DNA from: Dicyema japonicum
Lineage: Eukaryota > Animalia > Dicyemida
Reading direction: 5' to 3'
Length of the DNA stretch: 64,000 nucleotides
Assembly (NCBI GenBank): GCA_011109175.1
Contig: RDEW01000100.1
Location: forward strand, 1 to 64,000
Within the stretch, counting starts at the first letter, position 1. Every line of letters begins with the position of its first letter. This document shows, one piece after another, positions 49,210 through 61,718 of this stretch. The position numbers and the translations under genes were made by a program. The notes beneath the pieces were generated by a model that was given only the letters and a program-made list of their open reading frames with translations, ran no database searches and had not been told where the DNA came from.

Positions 49210-49860
49210 ATGACGTCTAATTTGGATGCCTTCTTGACTTGGTGTGGGCACTGTCCCCTTATTATAGGGTTTATACTCTTAGTGAGTGCGTACAAGAAAA
49301 ACAGAAATTCAGTAACAACCCGGTTTATTTTAAAGGCCATTTTTCTGTTTGGGGAAGTCATCAACGAGATAATTAGTCTCACTCTGAAAGCTTTGATCAA
49401 CGACCCCCGCCCTTCGAAGGATGGAGTTTATCTCTCTCCCCAGAGAGGGGTACTATCCGGAATGCCCTCTGGTCACTCGATGTTTATTTGGTTCTTTGTG
49501 AGTTTCCAGTACAACGAGATATATTTTCGGTAATCGATCTTTTTTTAATAGCCTAGATTCAAAAAATCGATATTTAGGGCTTCCTTGAACTTATTGGCGC
49601 TGCTAAATCTATCTTTAGCAGTTTCTTACAGCAGACTTCACTTTCAATACCATAGTTTGTCTCAGGTGGCAGTTGGAGCGGTTCTGGGAGCTATATTCGG
49701 TATTTTTTGGCAGTTCTACCACCAGAAATTAATTGATTTTTTAGTTGCCACGAGACAATATTTTAAAATTTGACTAATACTTTAATTCAAAAATGATTTT
49801 TATATTTGTAAAGAAAAAACGGTACTTTTGCAATACATGCTTAACGAAATAAGGCTCTAA
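49210..49860 (+). CDS. DOLPP1: PAP2-family dolichyl-diphosphate phosphatase 1-like; one -1 lesion at ~49575
   Basis: K...PRP, GMPSGHS and SR...YH..SQV..G are the PAP2 C1-C3 motifs. Introns: 24 nt (GTAACAACC...AAAG) and 49530-49551. The C-terminus is uncertain. Confidence 0.8.
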
Positions 49861-49989
49861 ATGAATTAATGAAAAAATTCAACAATGCCGAATTTGTAAA
49901 TATTATTATAAATTTTTTTAAATAAATTGCTAAATCTTTACGACTTAGTGGTGTTAAAACGATACTGACAAAGTCAAACCTGAGCTTTT

Positions 49990-50960
49990 AACGACCCCCT
50001 ACCTAAGAAGAAACCGTTATGGGTTTCATGTAGATGCCTATAATCATTCCCTTAGCGAAAAAATGTCATTATTACAAAATAAGTCACTTATTTCTACGCA
50101 GCGTGATGTTCGGTGGACAATATCTAACGATCGCATCTATTAATTCATCGAAGGAGTTTTCCAAATGGCTCACTTGCCTTCTCCACGAAAATTCTACAAA
50201 ATAACTCTGAGTTATAAACGTATTTTGATAAACCTGTGATTAACTTTGAGGTTTTACACCGCTTTTATCGCACACTAATGTTGTATTCTCCCGCTGATAG
50301 AGAAGGGTCATCAAATGTCTTTTAAGGCATTTCTTTCGGGAAGATTCCAACTTTCTGAAGGAAGGCAACTGACTCCATTTCCGAATGTGGTAGTTCGTAG
50401 TCCTTCAGTTTTGAATATTTTCGCATAACAACTATATCACTCATCCCCACACGCTAGTAAAAAATTCAAAATTTTATTTAAAAAAATTTATAATAATATT
50501 TACAAATTCATCATTGTTCATTTTTTTTATTTTTAGATCTAATATTCAAAAAAATTTCATTAATTCATTTAGAGCCTTATTTCGTGAAACATGTATCGAA
50601 AAAGAACCGAAAAAAACAAAGAATTATAACTTAATGCTTCTTTGTAAAGCTGCTTGGTGTCATTTCTGATGTTTCTTTTATTCTTCTTCTCTCCTTTTCT
50701 ACTAGAGTTGGGTTATGTGATCCGCCCAGCATCAGGATGTGGCGAAAAAAGTATCATTCGATCTCCCCCACTCCAATGAAGGGATTCCCACAACTGTAAG
50801 GAATATTGATGCAATTTCTGATTTTAGTGGCCCTTACAAAAATATAGGTAGAAGTTCCTGAAACAACTCTTCCACATCTTGGTCTTTTGGATACTGAAAA
50901 TCCGTCCTCGTCTTCAGTTTTATAAGATGTTTTTTATCCAAAAAATATGTTTACCCTTAT
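49990..50960 (-). mobile_element. Decayed R4-like LINE N-terminal relic; ~90 bp shared with 61930-62020
   Basis: Weak motifs (WKTP, GSHN) and nucleotide similarity TTATGTGATCC...TCTCCCCCACTC to the 61.9 kb region. Confidence 0.3.
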
Positions 50961-51849
50961 ATCAATGTTAATGATTAGAAAGGTACGTTATTGATCGGGA
51001 AAGTGACGCTATTGGTCGGGAAACCTATAATAATGCTTCTTCGTGCAGAATCTCGTCTTTGGGTCGATCCCATTCATCCTTACAGGGATAATGTTTTCGA
51101 GTTATTTTTTTCGACTTGGGATCTTCAGTTAAATTCTCCAACGGAGTGCGGATTTATCTCGACAGTTTTTTTCATCTTTTCATTGAGATAAGAGTCTTCT
51201 GACATTCTACGGATTTCAACTTCAATCAGTGTGATGTTCCTTACTTTTTGAGTACGAAAATGTCTATTTTATATATTGTACCTTCGTATCCGTGCTTATT
51301 GTCGTATCTACTAGCATGTTTGGATTACCTCCCAAAAGTTCAATAATCACAAAAAGCCATCATATTTGGGTGGATTTGGTTCTTCTCTAACTTATAGTTA
51401 GTTCTTGACTTCGAAAATTTTATGTAATTGGAACTTTTTTTTACTTTTACGTGGTTTTTAGACTTTAAAGAAGAATGTAACCAACTTGGATATTCCACAA
51501 AATCTTGATAATCTTAAAAATTTCTTATAGCAAAAATAATAATATCACAAAAAACAACTAAGAGAGTTATCTTTTCGTTGCATTTTTTTCCCATTTAATG
51601 CGATTCTTGGAACCGAGGTGCCGTTACGACTACGAGGAAGCAGTCATACGGTCGATACGTACTTGTGTAGGCTCGGGGTAAGAACATCGTGCCAAGCTGA
51701 AGTCTTTGTTGGAGCGTGCCAGGATCACGTGATTAGTTAGTTTGGTGTTAACGTGGTCTTTGGAAAATTTTTATTTATTCATTTGTGTTTAAATAAATAA
51801 AATGCTTGTGCAGCACGACGATCTGTTCTTTCAGTGGGATGCTTCCACG

Positions 51850-52060
51850 TTCCCCTCTAGGATGCGATTTGGGGAGAGGATATAAGTTCTCTGTTTATGA
51901 ATTGCAACAGACAGAATTTATCTCATAGTTTTAGATATCCTTGACTGCATTCGAAATATGCTTCCATATCTTTGTTTGCAGAGAATGTTGGATCCATTCT
52001 AAGGATATTTCCAAACAGACCCCAGTGTTCTCTCTCGGGGGATCTTTAAGTGCGAACATG
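51850..52060 (-). mobile_element. RTE 3' relic
   Basis: HWGLFGNILRMDPTFSANKDMEAYF resembles RWRLFGHVLRMNPDAPANKAMEDYF in the 54 kb copy. Confidence 0.7.
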
Positions 52061-52499
52061 GATGTTTTCTATTGGGTGCATTTAACTTCTTAAAACGGAA
52101 AAGGGTTGGAGATTTATTTGCAAGTCATGTTGTGGATTATCCGACATATAAAACAAAAGACCATCATTCGAGCAGTTTTCATTCTATTAATTTTCCGCGG
52201 AAAAACAATGTTAATCAATCAAATCAAATTTTAATCCAAACCACTGAAAAAAACAAAGTGAATTCGACAAGTTTAATCCAGACTCTCAGCTTGGCTAGAT
52301 GTTCCCCCTTGATCCTATATAAGCTCGTTGGGTTTTTTTCCTGATCACGTTGGATAAGGACTCCTCCGTTTTTTCATCGGATTAGGTTCTCCAAGGGTGA
52401 TGACATCATGTTATATTTGTTAGTTAGACCACTGTCACTCCAAAAACACTCCAAAAACCGTTTGTTGTGTAACCGCGATTTTTTTAGCATTATTCTAAG

Positions 52500-52590
52500 G
52501 GTCGGGTAGCACAATGTAACAATACCGGGCAAAAGGCATGATGGCCCCTAATTCGAATCTCGCTGTACATTCGACTGGAGGTTCGAAGAC
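52500..52590 (+). mobile_element. tRNA-derived SINE head, copy 5 (truncated)
   Basis: GGTAGCACAATG (A-box-like)...GGCAAAAGG...TTCGAATCTCGCTGTACATT. Confidence 0.6.
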
Positions 52591-53757
52591 AGTTGTTAAA
52601 GTTCAAGGATAGTGGGTTACCCCTATATTAAAGGTACACATTCTAAACTTTTTTGTGTCCCCGAGAATGTAGTTCTTCAGGCCAATATTGACCTACGTGA
52701 GTGCATCGTGGTCAATGGTCATTCCGCAATCCAAGAACCTGCCAACAAAATTATTATCTCTAATTCTTAGTCTATAACTCTTGAAGACCAACCCTACCAA
52801 GCCAACTGTACCCATATAAAATACATAAAAAAACTCAAACGAGAAAACTCCGAGTCCATTATGAGGAGCGGTTCAAATGTCCGTCCCCATCAGTTTCGAC
52901 TTTCCCTATTGGCTTGAGATTACTTATTTGGTAGGATATTTGGTCTCTTTTAACCTTGATTATGTGTCCACTTAAAAAAGGATCTCACTCTTTTCTTTTT
53001 CAATGGGACGGTTGGCGATATGGATGGCTGTGATGCTTAAAAAAGATGCCTCTCACTCTGACCGTGAGAACTGGGAACACTTAGTTGTGAACTCTCTTTC
53101 TCTTTAAACCCGGCAATCCAGCAGCAATAAATATCAAAATACAGTAAACCTTCATTAATCGAAAAATCATTTAATTGTAATTAATATTTGTGTTTTCATA
53201 TATCAGAATAAAAATGTAACAAAAATTATGTTTAATAATCGTTTTCTGTCTTTTATTTTTTGAATTATCCCTTCTAAAGTCCCTATTGTATTTAAATTTT
53301 TCAATGTTTCAGATTGAATCATTTCTGAAAATTTGAACTTTGTTCTACAATGTTAATTGCATTTAATAGTTGTATTGGCGAACATTCTCCATCGGTACTC
53401 CATTTTCAGCATCATAATTTTCTCCTGACATTATAATCATTAAAAAGGTGATGATTTTGTTCTAGTCGAGCATTTTTTTGTAAATTCCTAGCTTTTCACT
53501 AAACACTTAGCTTTTGAAATGATGAAATCGTCAGTAATAAACCATCTTTGAATTCCATTACAAGTTGATATGTTTTCCTCTTGGCTGTCTGACTTGTTAA
53601 TCACAGTTTTCCCATTTTCACGAGTTTTAAGAATTTCTGAAAATGTAGAAGTTACAAAAATAAAGGTTAATTTTTATTTCACAGATATGGATAATTCTCA
53701 GAGTCATTTTTATTTATTTTTATTTTTAATAAAATAATTTTTAACAAAGAAAGAAAT

Positions 53758-53985
53758 GTTAGTTGAGGAAGCCGGCTGCGTGAATTGCGAACGAGTTCCC
53801 TCGGAGTATGGCCATTCCAATCTTTTGTCTCAGCCATAACCCTTCTCGTAGATCCCTTTTCTTTCTGGCAAGCATTTCTCCTAGTTCTCGCAAGAACTCA
53901 CCCGTCATTGGACCAAAGGCTCCCGATGATTCTGTCTTGATTTTTAAATTCTCCGCGGTCGAAGCAACTGTCCAGGTGTCTGAAC
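53758..53985 (-). mobile_element. CRE-clade C-terminal end
   Basis: ESSGAFGPMTGEFLRELGEMLARKKRDLREGLWLRQKIGMAILRGNSFAI*. Confidence 0.8.
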
Positions 53986-54069
53986 CGATTTGAAATTATA
54001 TTTATTTCAAAAAAATTTTCTTTTCTTTGCATTAGAAAATTTGGTCCTCTTTCTAGACACTGCAATATT

Positions 54070-56585
54070 ATTATTATTATTAAAGCACTTTCACGAAAGC
54101 CATAATGATTATAGCCCCGCATGTGCAACACTCAAAGAAACAATATTTATAGTTAGTCTTTTCCATCTTCCTCTGTCGAATGCGAGTGATCTCAATTCGT
54201 CCAGGTCGTCTCCCGTCTTTAGATTTTTTCTCACACGATTTAAGTCTTTGTTTAGGGCTGTCGGAAGTGTCGATCTAGGTCGTCCGCGGAAGGGTTTTTC
54301 GCATCTGTCAAAGTAATCTTCCATCGCTTTGTTAGCGGGTGCGTCCGGGTTCATTCTTAGTACATGCCCAAATAGCCTCCACCGGGCATCTATCACATCC
54401 TTGCTGATGTAAGAACACATACACTTGTTGTAGATACCAGTGGTTGATATTCTACGTGGCCACTCCATTCCGAGTAAGCTTCTTAGTTGCCTTCTATGGA
54501 ACGAATCCAGTTTCAATAGTTCTTTGAAGGAACTTCTCCATGTCCATCGTTATACAGTAGGATCGGTTTCACAAATGCGTTGTAAAGCCTGCATCTGATG
54601 TCAATTCCAAGTCCTTTGGCTTTTAGCCATCCTTTCTTCAGTTTAGCCATTGCCGCATTTGCCGGTGTTTTCCTCCTTAGTACATCTTCAGCGTCTCCTA
54701 GTAGAAAGCCGAGCTTATTAATACGTCTCCATCTTTCGTGAGTAATATCGTCTTCTCTTTTGATTTCCGTAATTTCAGTTTTGTTTACATTTACGCTGAG
54801 AAACCATTTCTCAAGCTCCGCAGGTGCATTTTCTAGTAGGTGTTGGAGTGCTGTCACGTCCCGTGATACAAAATCCACATCATCCGCATAAGATGTCTCT
54901 TCTATGTCTCCTATATAGCATTTACGGAGGTCGCGGAGTGCAGATTCAAGGTATATGGTGAATAGTAAAGGGGAGAGGGAATCATCCTGGGGTGCCGCAA
55001 TCGTTGTTTTGAAACTGCGGGATGTTGCTCCTTCTGTCCTCACAGATAGTCTTGTGTTCGCAAGTAGTAGTCTGATTATCCTAACCGACGATTCATCCAA
55101 TATTTGCTCAAGCACATTCATCAGTTTCTGTCTGTTTATTGAGTCGAAAGCTCTGGAGAGATCTATTCCCAACACGGTCATTGCGCTCTTGAATCTTTAA
55201 TTCGTCTCACAGCGCCATCTGTGGCTCCATACAATGTTTCTCGTAGACCTCCCTCTTCTGAACCCACTTTGACTTGCTGGTAGGTATAGATCCGCCACAC
55301 CCTTTATCCGGCTTAGTGCAATGTTTGCCAGCAGCTTGCGTATCGAATTTAAAAGTATTATCGGGCTGAGATTTTTAACTGGTCCTTTTGATTTGATTGG
55401 ATTTTGTATGGGTATTAATAATCTATTTCCAAGTTCTAGATCGTATTAGTTTCAAAGATGTCATTTAGGGTTTTGCAATTAATCGCTAAGTTTTTTTGGC
55501 CCATATTTTAGGAGCTCAGGGCTTATGTTGTCCGGTCCAGCACTCTTGTTGTTCTTCAGTTTATTTATCGCTAATTCCACCTCTTCCACTGTGATTGGGA
55601 TTTTTAGCGCCTTTGCTTTTCCTTGGAAAGGGGAAAGTCATTATTTTCTTTATTCAACAGTGTTTCGAAGTGTCGTGCAATCAATTCTGCTTTTTCTTTC
55701 GGGTTACCCACGAATTTTCCATCTTTGTCTTTGATGTGAAGGATGTTTTGTCCTTTCTTTGTCCGCAGCAGCCGCAAAGCCGCATACATCTTTGAATTGT
55801 CTTTTAGACATTCCACATCTTTTAATAGGGATGTAATAATTTCCCGTGAATGTTTTCTGTTCATCTTTTTGATTTTCCACTTTAGTTCCCTTTGTTGGAT
55901 ATTAAGCTCTTTTTTTTACTCTCGTCTAACGTGTTTGCCGCTTTTAGTCGTAGCTCTCTGAATTTTGATCCCACAGAGTTCGTACTGATGCGGTTTTCAC
56001 CATAAGAGTCTCGATTTGTTCATGATATTTAGCTCTACAAGTTGGCTCTAACCACAATTTTTCTGTCTGAAAGTATATATTGGGTCTTTGTCTCGCCTTC
56101 TTCCCGTTTTCAATGTATTTTTCCCAGTCAGGTGCTTTTTTACACAAAGTTTTGCAATGACGATCCTGTGGTCGCTGTCGGTTGTTGTTCCCTGGTAGGA
56201 ACGTGCATCATTTATCAGGTGTTTATCAGACTTTCGGCAGATAATGTAATCGATTTGATTATATATATTCACGGTTTCTCCGACAGAGTTTTTTCTTTGT
56301 CCGTGCCACGTCGTCTTGTGGCAAGCTGAGTGCGTAAAGGCCGTGTTGCACAGGAAAAGGCTATTTGCCTCGCAGAAGTTTACCAGAGAGGCTCCAGATG
56401 CATTTCTCCTTCCGCGCCCGTGTCTTCCAATAGAGGATTCTTCGGGCCCCATTCGCATTCCGGCCTTTGCATTCATATCTCCCGCAACAAAGACAAGAGA
56501 CGAGGAAGCATTGTTAGAGTATGTGCTTGATAGTTCTGAGTAGAATTCCTCGAGTTCACTGGGGTTCTTGATTACTCGTCCACAG
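54070..56585 (-). mobile_element. RTE LINE (APE plus RT), 5'-truncated, several frameshifts, (TAA)n tail, 9-bp TSD
   Basis: APE motifs VAGDMNAK, QIDYII and SDH; RT motifs IDLSRAFDS and YADDVD. TGCAATATT at 54061-54069 and 56586-56594. Confidence 0.93.
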
Positions 56586-56659
56586 TGCAATATTTTAAAT
56601 TTAAAATGTAATTTTTTTAGCCGGAAAACGATTTATTAACAAAAAAAGATTTAAATAAT

Positions 56660-56990
56660 TAATCCTTTGCAGATATGATTGCGTATGCGATTCTATGTAT
56701 TACGGTAATCTCGATTCGTTTTCTTAGCCAGAACGTTTCGCGGCATTCTTATTTTCGGCTCGCTAGTTTCCCTCTAATTTCTTTCAGAAAGGCCGCAGTG
56801 AGGAATCCTACGGCTCCCGACGTTTCTATAGTCACAGGTGTGAATCGATATCGGTCTCCAATGGCCGAAAGTTCTGGATTTTGGCCAATTATGCTGCGTT
56901 GGCCGCAGATCCAGGTTTCTAAGCAGATCTCAGAAGAAGCGAATTGGAGAAGGTATCACACAGGTTATATTCCAAACCAATAATTTTCAG
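56660..56990 (-). mobile_element. CRE-clade C-terminal end
   Basis: LVWNITCV...FTPVTIETSGAVG...FLKEIRGKL...FWLRKRIEI. Confidence 0.78.
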
Positions 56991-57819
56991 TGTGAATATG
57001 GGAAAGCGTCATTCCAAATGTAAATTCATTTAAATTTAAAATAAAATAATCCGAAAATTTAATAAATGTCTTTAAATAATGAACTTTCGGTTTATTGAAG
57101 CTTGTTTGTATGGAATCCACGTAAAATTTCGCTGATTCATCAAAAATTGGGATTATTGAATTTCGGATTAATAGGTTCTACTGAATTAGACTTTAATCAT
57201 ACTTAATTTTTGATCAAACCATCATAACTTATACAAATCTTTGGCAATCGTTCTCCTCATTTTAGAGGAATGTACTACCAACTGATCCTCATTTATTATT
57301 CCATACCGGAGTCAGACATCCGTCTTCTAGGATCTAATGGTGCATCCGCATAGCTGACTCAGCCCCTTCTTCAAGTTGGTTCTAAGCAGATATGAAATCC
57401 TCATCAGCCACCTTAACCTCGTGCTTGTGGTCAACCACATACTATCTAAAGTTTTTTTTTGAAAACGAATGATTGGATGCATGTGCTAGTAGCTTCCTCA
57501 GTGCACTTCAATTGTATTTATTTCGTTTTGATCATATAACGAAAATATGAAATTAGTTGAATTGTACCTTTGTTGGAGCAATTTTCATCATATCAACTTG
57601 TATCTCAACATTGTGTGCCGATAATATTAACTGAGCGAAGTGCCCCTTCAACTGCTTCATTTCTTAACTTCGTACATTCTGCAGACATGCAAATTTTAAT
57701 CAATGTTTCGAGGCATCAAATGGAGTCAATCATAACACTACTAAGTAATAGTTAATAATAAATTAACGCAGCCATCCATCCATAGTGGTCCCCGCCAACA
57801 ATATTTGATTATAATGTTG

Positions 57820-59460
57820 AAAATAAGAGAAACTCTATTAATGGTGGATGACGATCAGGATTCGCTCAAATAGCCAACAGAGTTCACGGGGAACTCCTGT
57901 TTGTGTAGAAATATGAATCCCTAGACCAGTGGTGTTCAACCTTTTTGAGAGCACAAAACCCTATCGACATTTTTCATTTTATACGGAACCTTTATATAGT
58001 TTTTAACAATTATCAGTATTTTACAGATATAAAAAAATAAAATATCAGTTGTGAGATCGTTGAGGCTGATGTCTCTTGCATAGCTCTGTAATATTTGGCC
58101 TTGTCCTTGACAGTGATAAACATAAGTCTTCTTTCACATACAGTAGGTTCGCGGTTTTTATGCTTTATATTTGTTAATGCAGAAAATCCACTTTCACAGA
58201 GATAAGTCGTTGAAAACTGGACCGAAACTCTTAACCCTTTGTTTGCTAGAATAGGATTTTTTTACAATCAGCAAAAACTAATCAATGTTCCATTTTTAAC
58301 GTTCTGTCACTTGAAACAAACGCAAGTTCTTTTCCTTTTTTAATAATAGCTCGTTTCCAGTTATTTTATAAACAGCAAAAGGATTCCTCGGCAAATCATA
58401 GAGTTCAACTGATATTGGTGGAAGATAATTATTCGTACATGTAAATAGTGACTCCAAACGGTCTACAACTTGTGGAACAATTTCTTTAAAATTTTTTTTT
58501 TGCACATGAGGGAACATTTCCAAGTTTCCATTCGTGATATGTCGTTTCCACATTTGTAGTTTTTTAGAAAAGCAGCTATTTTGTCCGCGCAACTCAATAG
58601 ATTTTCATTTCTTCCCTACATGTTGTTATTGAGAACATTGAGTTCGTGAAAAATATCGGCGAGGTATGCTAATTTGCAACACCACATTCATCACTAAGGC
58701 ATTCAATTAAGTCATCCAACTTCTCTTGTATACAAGAAGCCAACAATTCTTGTCTTAGTTCATAGAAATTAATTAACATGTTTCCCTTTGAGAGTCATCT
58801 TACTTCAGTATGCAAAATCAAAACTGAATGTTCTGCATTTTCACAAAGTTTTGAGAACTGTCGCAATTTCAACGGCCTCATTTTTATGTAATTAATTATT
58901 TTTACAACCATGTCCAAACACTCAAAATTTGAATTTATAAGATTGAAAATGTCATCCCTTTGTTGTTCCGAGAAACTTTTTGCAGCAAAGAAAATCTTTA
59001 ACAATGAATTCATCGATCATATATCCAACGAAAACAAGGAGTGCATTCTTCCTGTCATATCTGAGCTTTCATCCACTTGAAGCGAAAAAAACAGATTTTT
59101 TTATTCGCTTAACAAAAGTGGTGAAACTGAAGGCAATATAACTTTCTCGATACGATCGAACTTTAAGATATGCACTGTCACAAGACTCCATTTAGACACG
59201 CGCAAATTAAATTACTTCGTTTTGAAAAATTATTTTTTTGAACTTTGCGAAACCCAGGTTGAGAAACACTGCCCTAGACGACTCAAGAATTCCAGCGTCT
59301 AGGCGCAAGGGAACCAGACGTTTCAACAGCGAGTGGAACAAACAAATTCTCATTAAGACCGCGTACTTTGTCCGTTTGACCTCTCGCCTTCTCAGCGGCA
59401 GAACAGGCTCCAGAGGGACACTAAATGAATTGAGCCATGATCACAATCATGTGGTTGAAT
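57820..59460 (-). mobile_element. CRE-clade C-terminal relic split by the hAT insertion
   Basis: PLAVETSGSL (59290-59330) continues beyond the hAT as LGIHISTQTGVPRELCWLFERILIVI (57840-57925). Confidence 0.72.
57927..59271 (-). mobile_element. hAT (Buster/Charlie, ZBED5-like) element, internally deleted, with transposase pseudogene
   Basis: TIRs CAGTGGTGTTCAACCT / AGGTTGAGAAACACTG and 8-bp TSD CCCTAGAC (57919-57926, 59272-59279). Motifs VVKIINYIKMRPLK, LILHTEVR*LSKG and CESGFSAL. Confidence 0.92.
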
Positions 59461-59722
59461 GATCTTGAATTTATCATATTAATCCTTTAACATTGGTTCC
59501 CCTTCATACTGGAACCCACAGGCTTGGACAGGGAGACGGAAAGCGACCAGACTGAGTAACAATTTTTTCATTCGAGAATAGAAACCGTTCGTTTGGGAAG
59601 CAACATGTGTCGACTCTCTTTGCTCACGACAGAGAAAAAGACAACACTAAAGAAAAGAAGTACATAGGACTCCTCGACCCGTGTATCTTCCGCGCGAGTG
59701 CTATTGAGATAACCAGAGTAAC

Positions 59723-59807
59723 AAGCAGCAAGTCCCTGGTCTTCCTCAAGAAACTTGGAGTATGGGTTAGTTCAGAAGCAGCAAGTCTCTGGTCTTCCTT
59801 GAAACTC
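59723..59807. repeat. Two-copy imperfect direct repeat, period 53 bp
   Basis: AAGCAGCAAGTC(C/T)CTGGTCTTCCT starts at 59723 and 59776. Confidence 0.85.
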
Positions 59808-60199
59808 ATAGTTTTTGAGTGTAGCCGAAAGTCCCAGCTTCATGAGAAAATTTTCCAGTTGTCAATTATTTAAATCATATTAAAATTTAGTCACCAAATT
59901 CAAGTATAATGCAGTTTCCGAAGTTTACATAGGTCATCACTGTCTCTGAGATGCCTCCAGATCCCTTGAGGGTCTTCGTACAAATCGTTCGGAGAGTGAT
60001 TATTGACCGTCCATTAAATAGGGAAGCGTCAGAGACGAAGAAGTCTCCAATTTTTAAATCTTTGATGATAAATATATGAAAAATTGATTGTAAAATGATA
60101 ATTATTTTTTTTATTTAAAAAAAAAAACCAAAAAAAGTATTAACTCATTAATTAGGTTATCCTAGCCTCCATTATTTCTCTATTTCTCCTCGAATGCTC

Positions 60200-60900
60200 T
60201 GCCAGCTATCCAACTACACTCCGGAATAGTCTTCTTTTATATCTGCAGAGGAATTCTATTAGCTTGCACTTTTTATTGCCGATCTGAATTCTTCTGCCTT
60301 TTTACTGAATGGGTTTCCTAGTCATTGCAGATACGTAAGAAGCCGTGGCCATTTCTCAACGTCGCCGCCTCTGAAAGCAGACTGGGGATGGATATGGTGT
60401 CAGAGTGCATGTTTTATACGCTCGACCCTAGACGAGAAAAGAGCGAATCTCAAGGCAGAATAGAATATTAATAACTTGAAGATATAGTTTGCAGGATTCA
60501 AGCTGCTGGTGGGAAAGGGATCTTCTTCATAGTAGACTTTAGGACGTTCCACTTTCGAAGACACTTGGTTAACACTACCTCCGTCATTAGGATCTTCTGG
60601 ATTCGTTAAAAGAAATAGGAATGTTTCCGAAGAGTACCTCAAGTCCACCTTTAAATCTCCCGTCCGTAGTGAATAGGGTGATCTGAGACAGACAGAAAAT
60701 TCGCCGATAGCCAGTCACACCCTGGTATAGGTGTCACAACTGTTCAATCTTTCCATAATATGTCAACGCATTTGTATCTCCCAGCATTTGACTATACCCT
60801 CCTTTAGCTTGGTCTCGTTAACCATCAAGATATCGACCTTGGAGGTCATCGTAAATAGCGTCAGTTCATCATGCCTTTTCCTTAGGTATCAGCAGCACTA
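60200..60900 (-). mobile_element. Possible decayed APE-type LINE endonuclease
   Basis: KRHDELTLF...VDILMVNETKL resembles APE N-termini; the rest is unrecognisable. Confidence 0.3.
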
Positions 60901-61093
60901 TCATTGCCACGTGACGCACACTAACAATTCAAGCTCCTCGGAGCCAAAAGGGAAGAGGAGGAACAGAAGAAAAAACAAAAACTCCTCAATTCAAGTAGCC
61001 ATATAGTACCACAATAGCATTGGCAGCACGCGGTTAATTAACCACTATAAAAAATTATGTTAATAAATTCATAATAAAATTAAAATCATTAAT

Positions 61094-61718
61094 TTATAAG
61101 ACTAATTGAGAAATAGCAACCAGGAAATCCATAAATTCCATAGTTGCGTTTCCATTCCTATTCACGTCAAAAAATTTAAAGTGATCGGTGAGGCTCTGAA
61201 GTGATAAATCAAATTAACCTCAATAATTATCAAAATCTTCACGTATTGGTCAAAACTCAATCCGCGGCTGTCTCGGCTCACTAAATCAACAACATATCTT
61301 AAAAACTCATGACTAAAACGATAGCCTTAAGTAAAACATATGAAGGACCCATGGATTGCAGTAAACTCATAATTTCGTTAGAATCAACAAATCCTGACCT
61401 GTCACGGTCTGTATTCCTGAAATCGGCTGTCCATTTCTGAACTTTAGGGTACAAATGTCGAAATTCATTCAAATTTATACATCCCAAATTTTTTTGTCGA
61501 CAGTTTCTTTTAATTAGTAACAATTGAAACTTATCATTAGGCGTATACTCTCATCGTTGAAATCATTCTTCACACCTGTAAATAAATATAATGTCATTAC
61601 CGTTAGAAAGAGCTCTTTTGAGTTCATGTGGCGTTAAAAAGCCGTCTTTGTTGACATCAATACTAAATGGTCAAAACAGGGAATACGAATTAAAGATATA
61701 ATCTGCATCATAAATCAT
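61094..61718 (-). CDS. PDCD6: Penta-EF-hand protein PDCD6/ALG-2-like, 5 micro-introns; one -1 lesion in the A-run at 61489-61495
   Basis: IDVNKDGFLTPHELKRALSNG, VDKK(N)LGCINLNEF, WTADFRNTDRDRSGFVDSNEI, MGYRFS, LSFDQYV and LTDHFKFFDVNRNG align along ALG-2. Peflin or sorcin is not excluded. Confidence 0.85.

Noticed and set aside
3976-52590. tRNA genes at the A/B-box-like motifs
   Set aside because: No complete cloverleaf or acceptor stem; each continues into the same SINE body.
59600-59880. LisH/SPAG16-like motif LENFLMKLGLSATL
   Set aside because: A single short resemblance followed by stops and a local duplication; not enough to call a gene.
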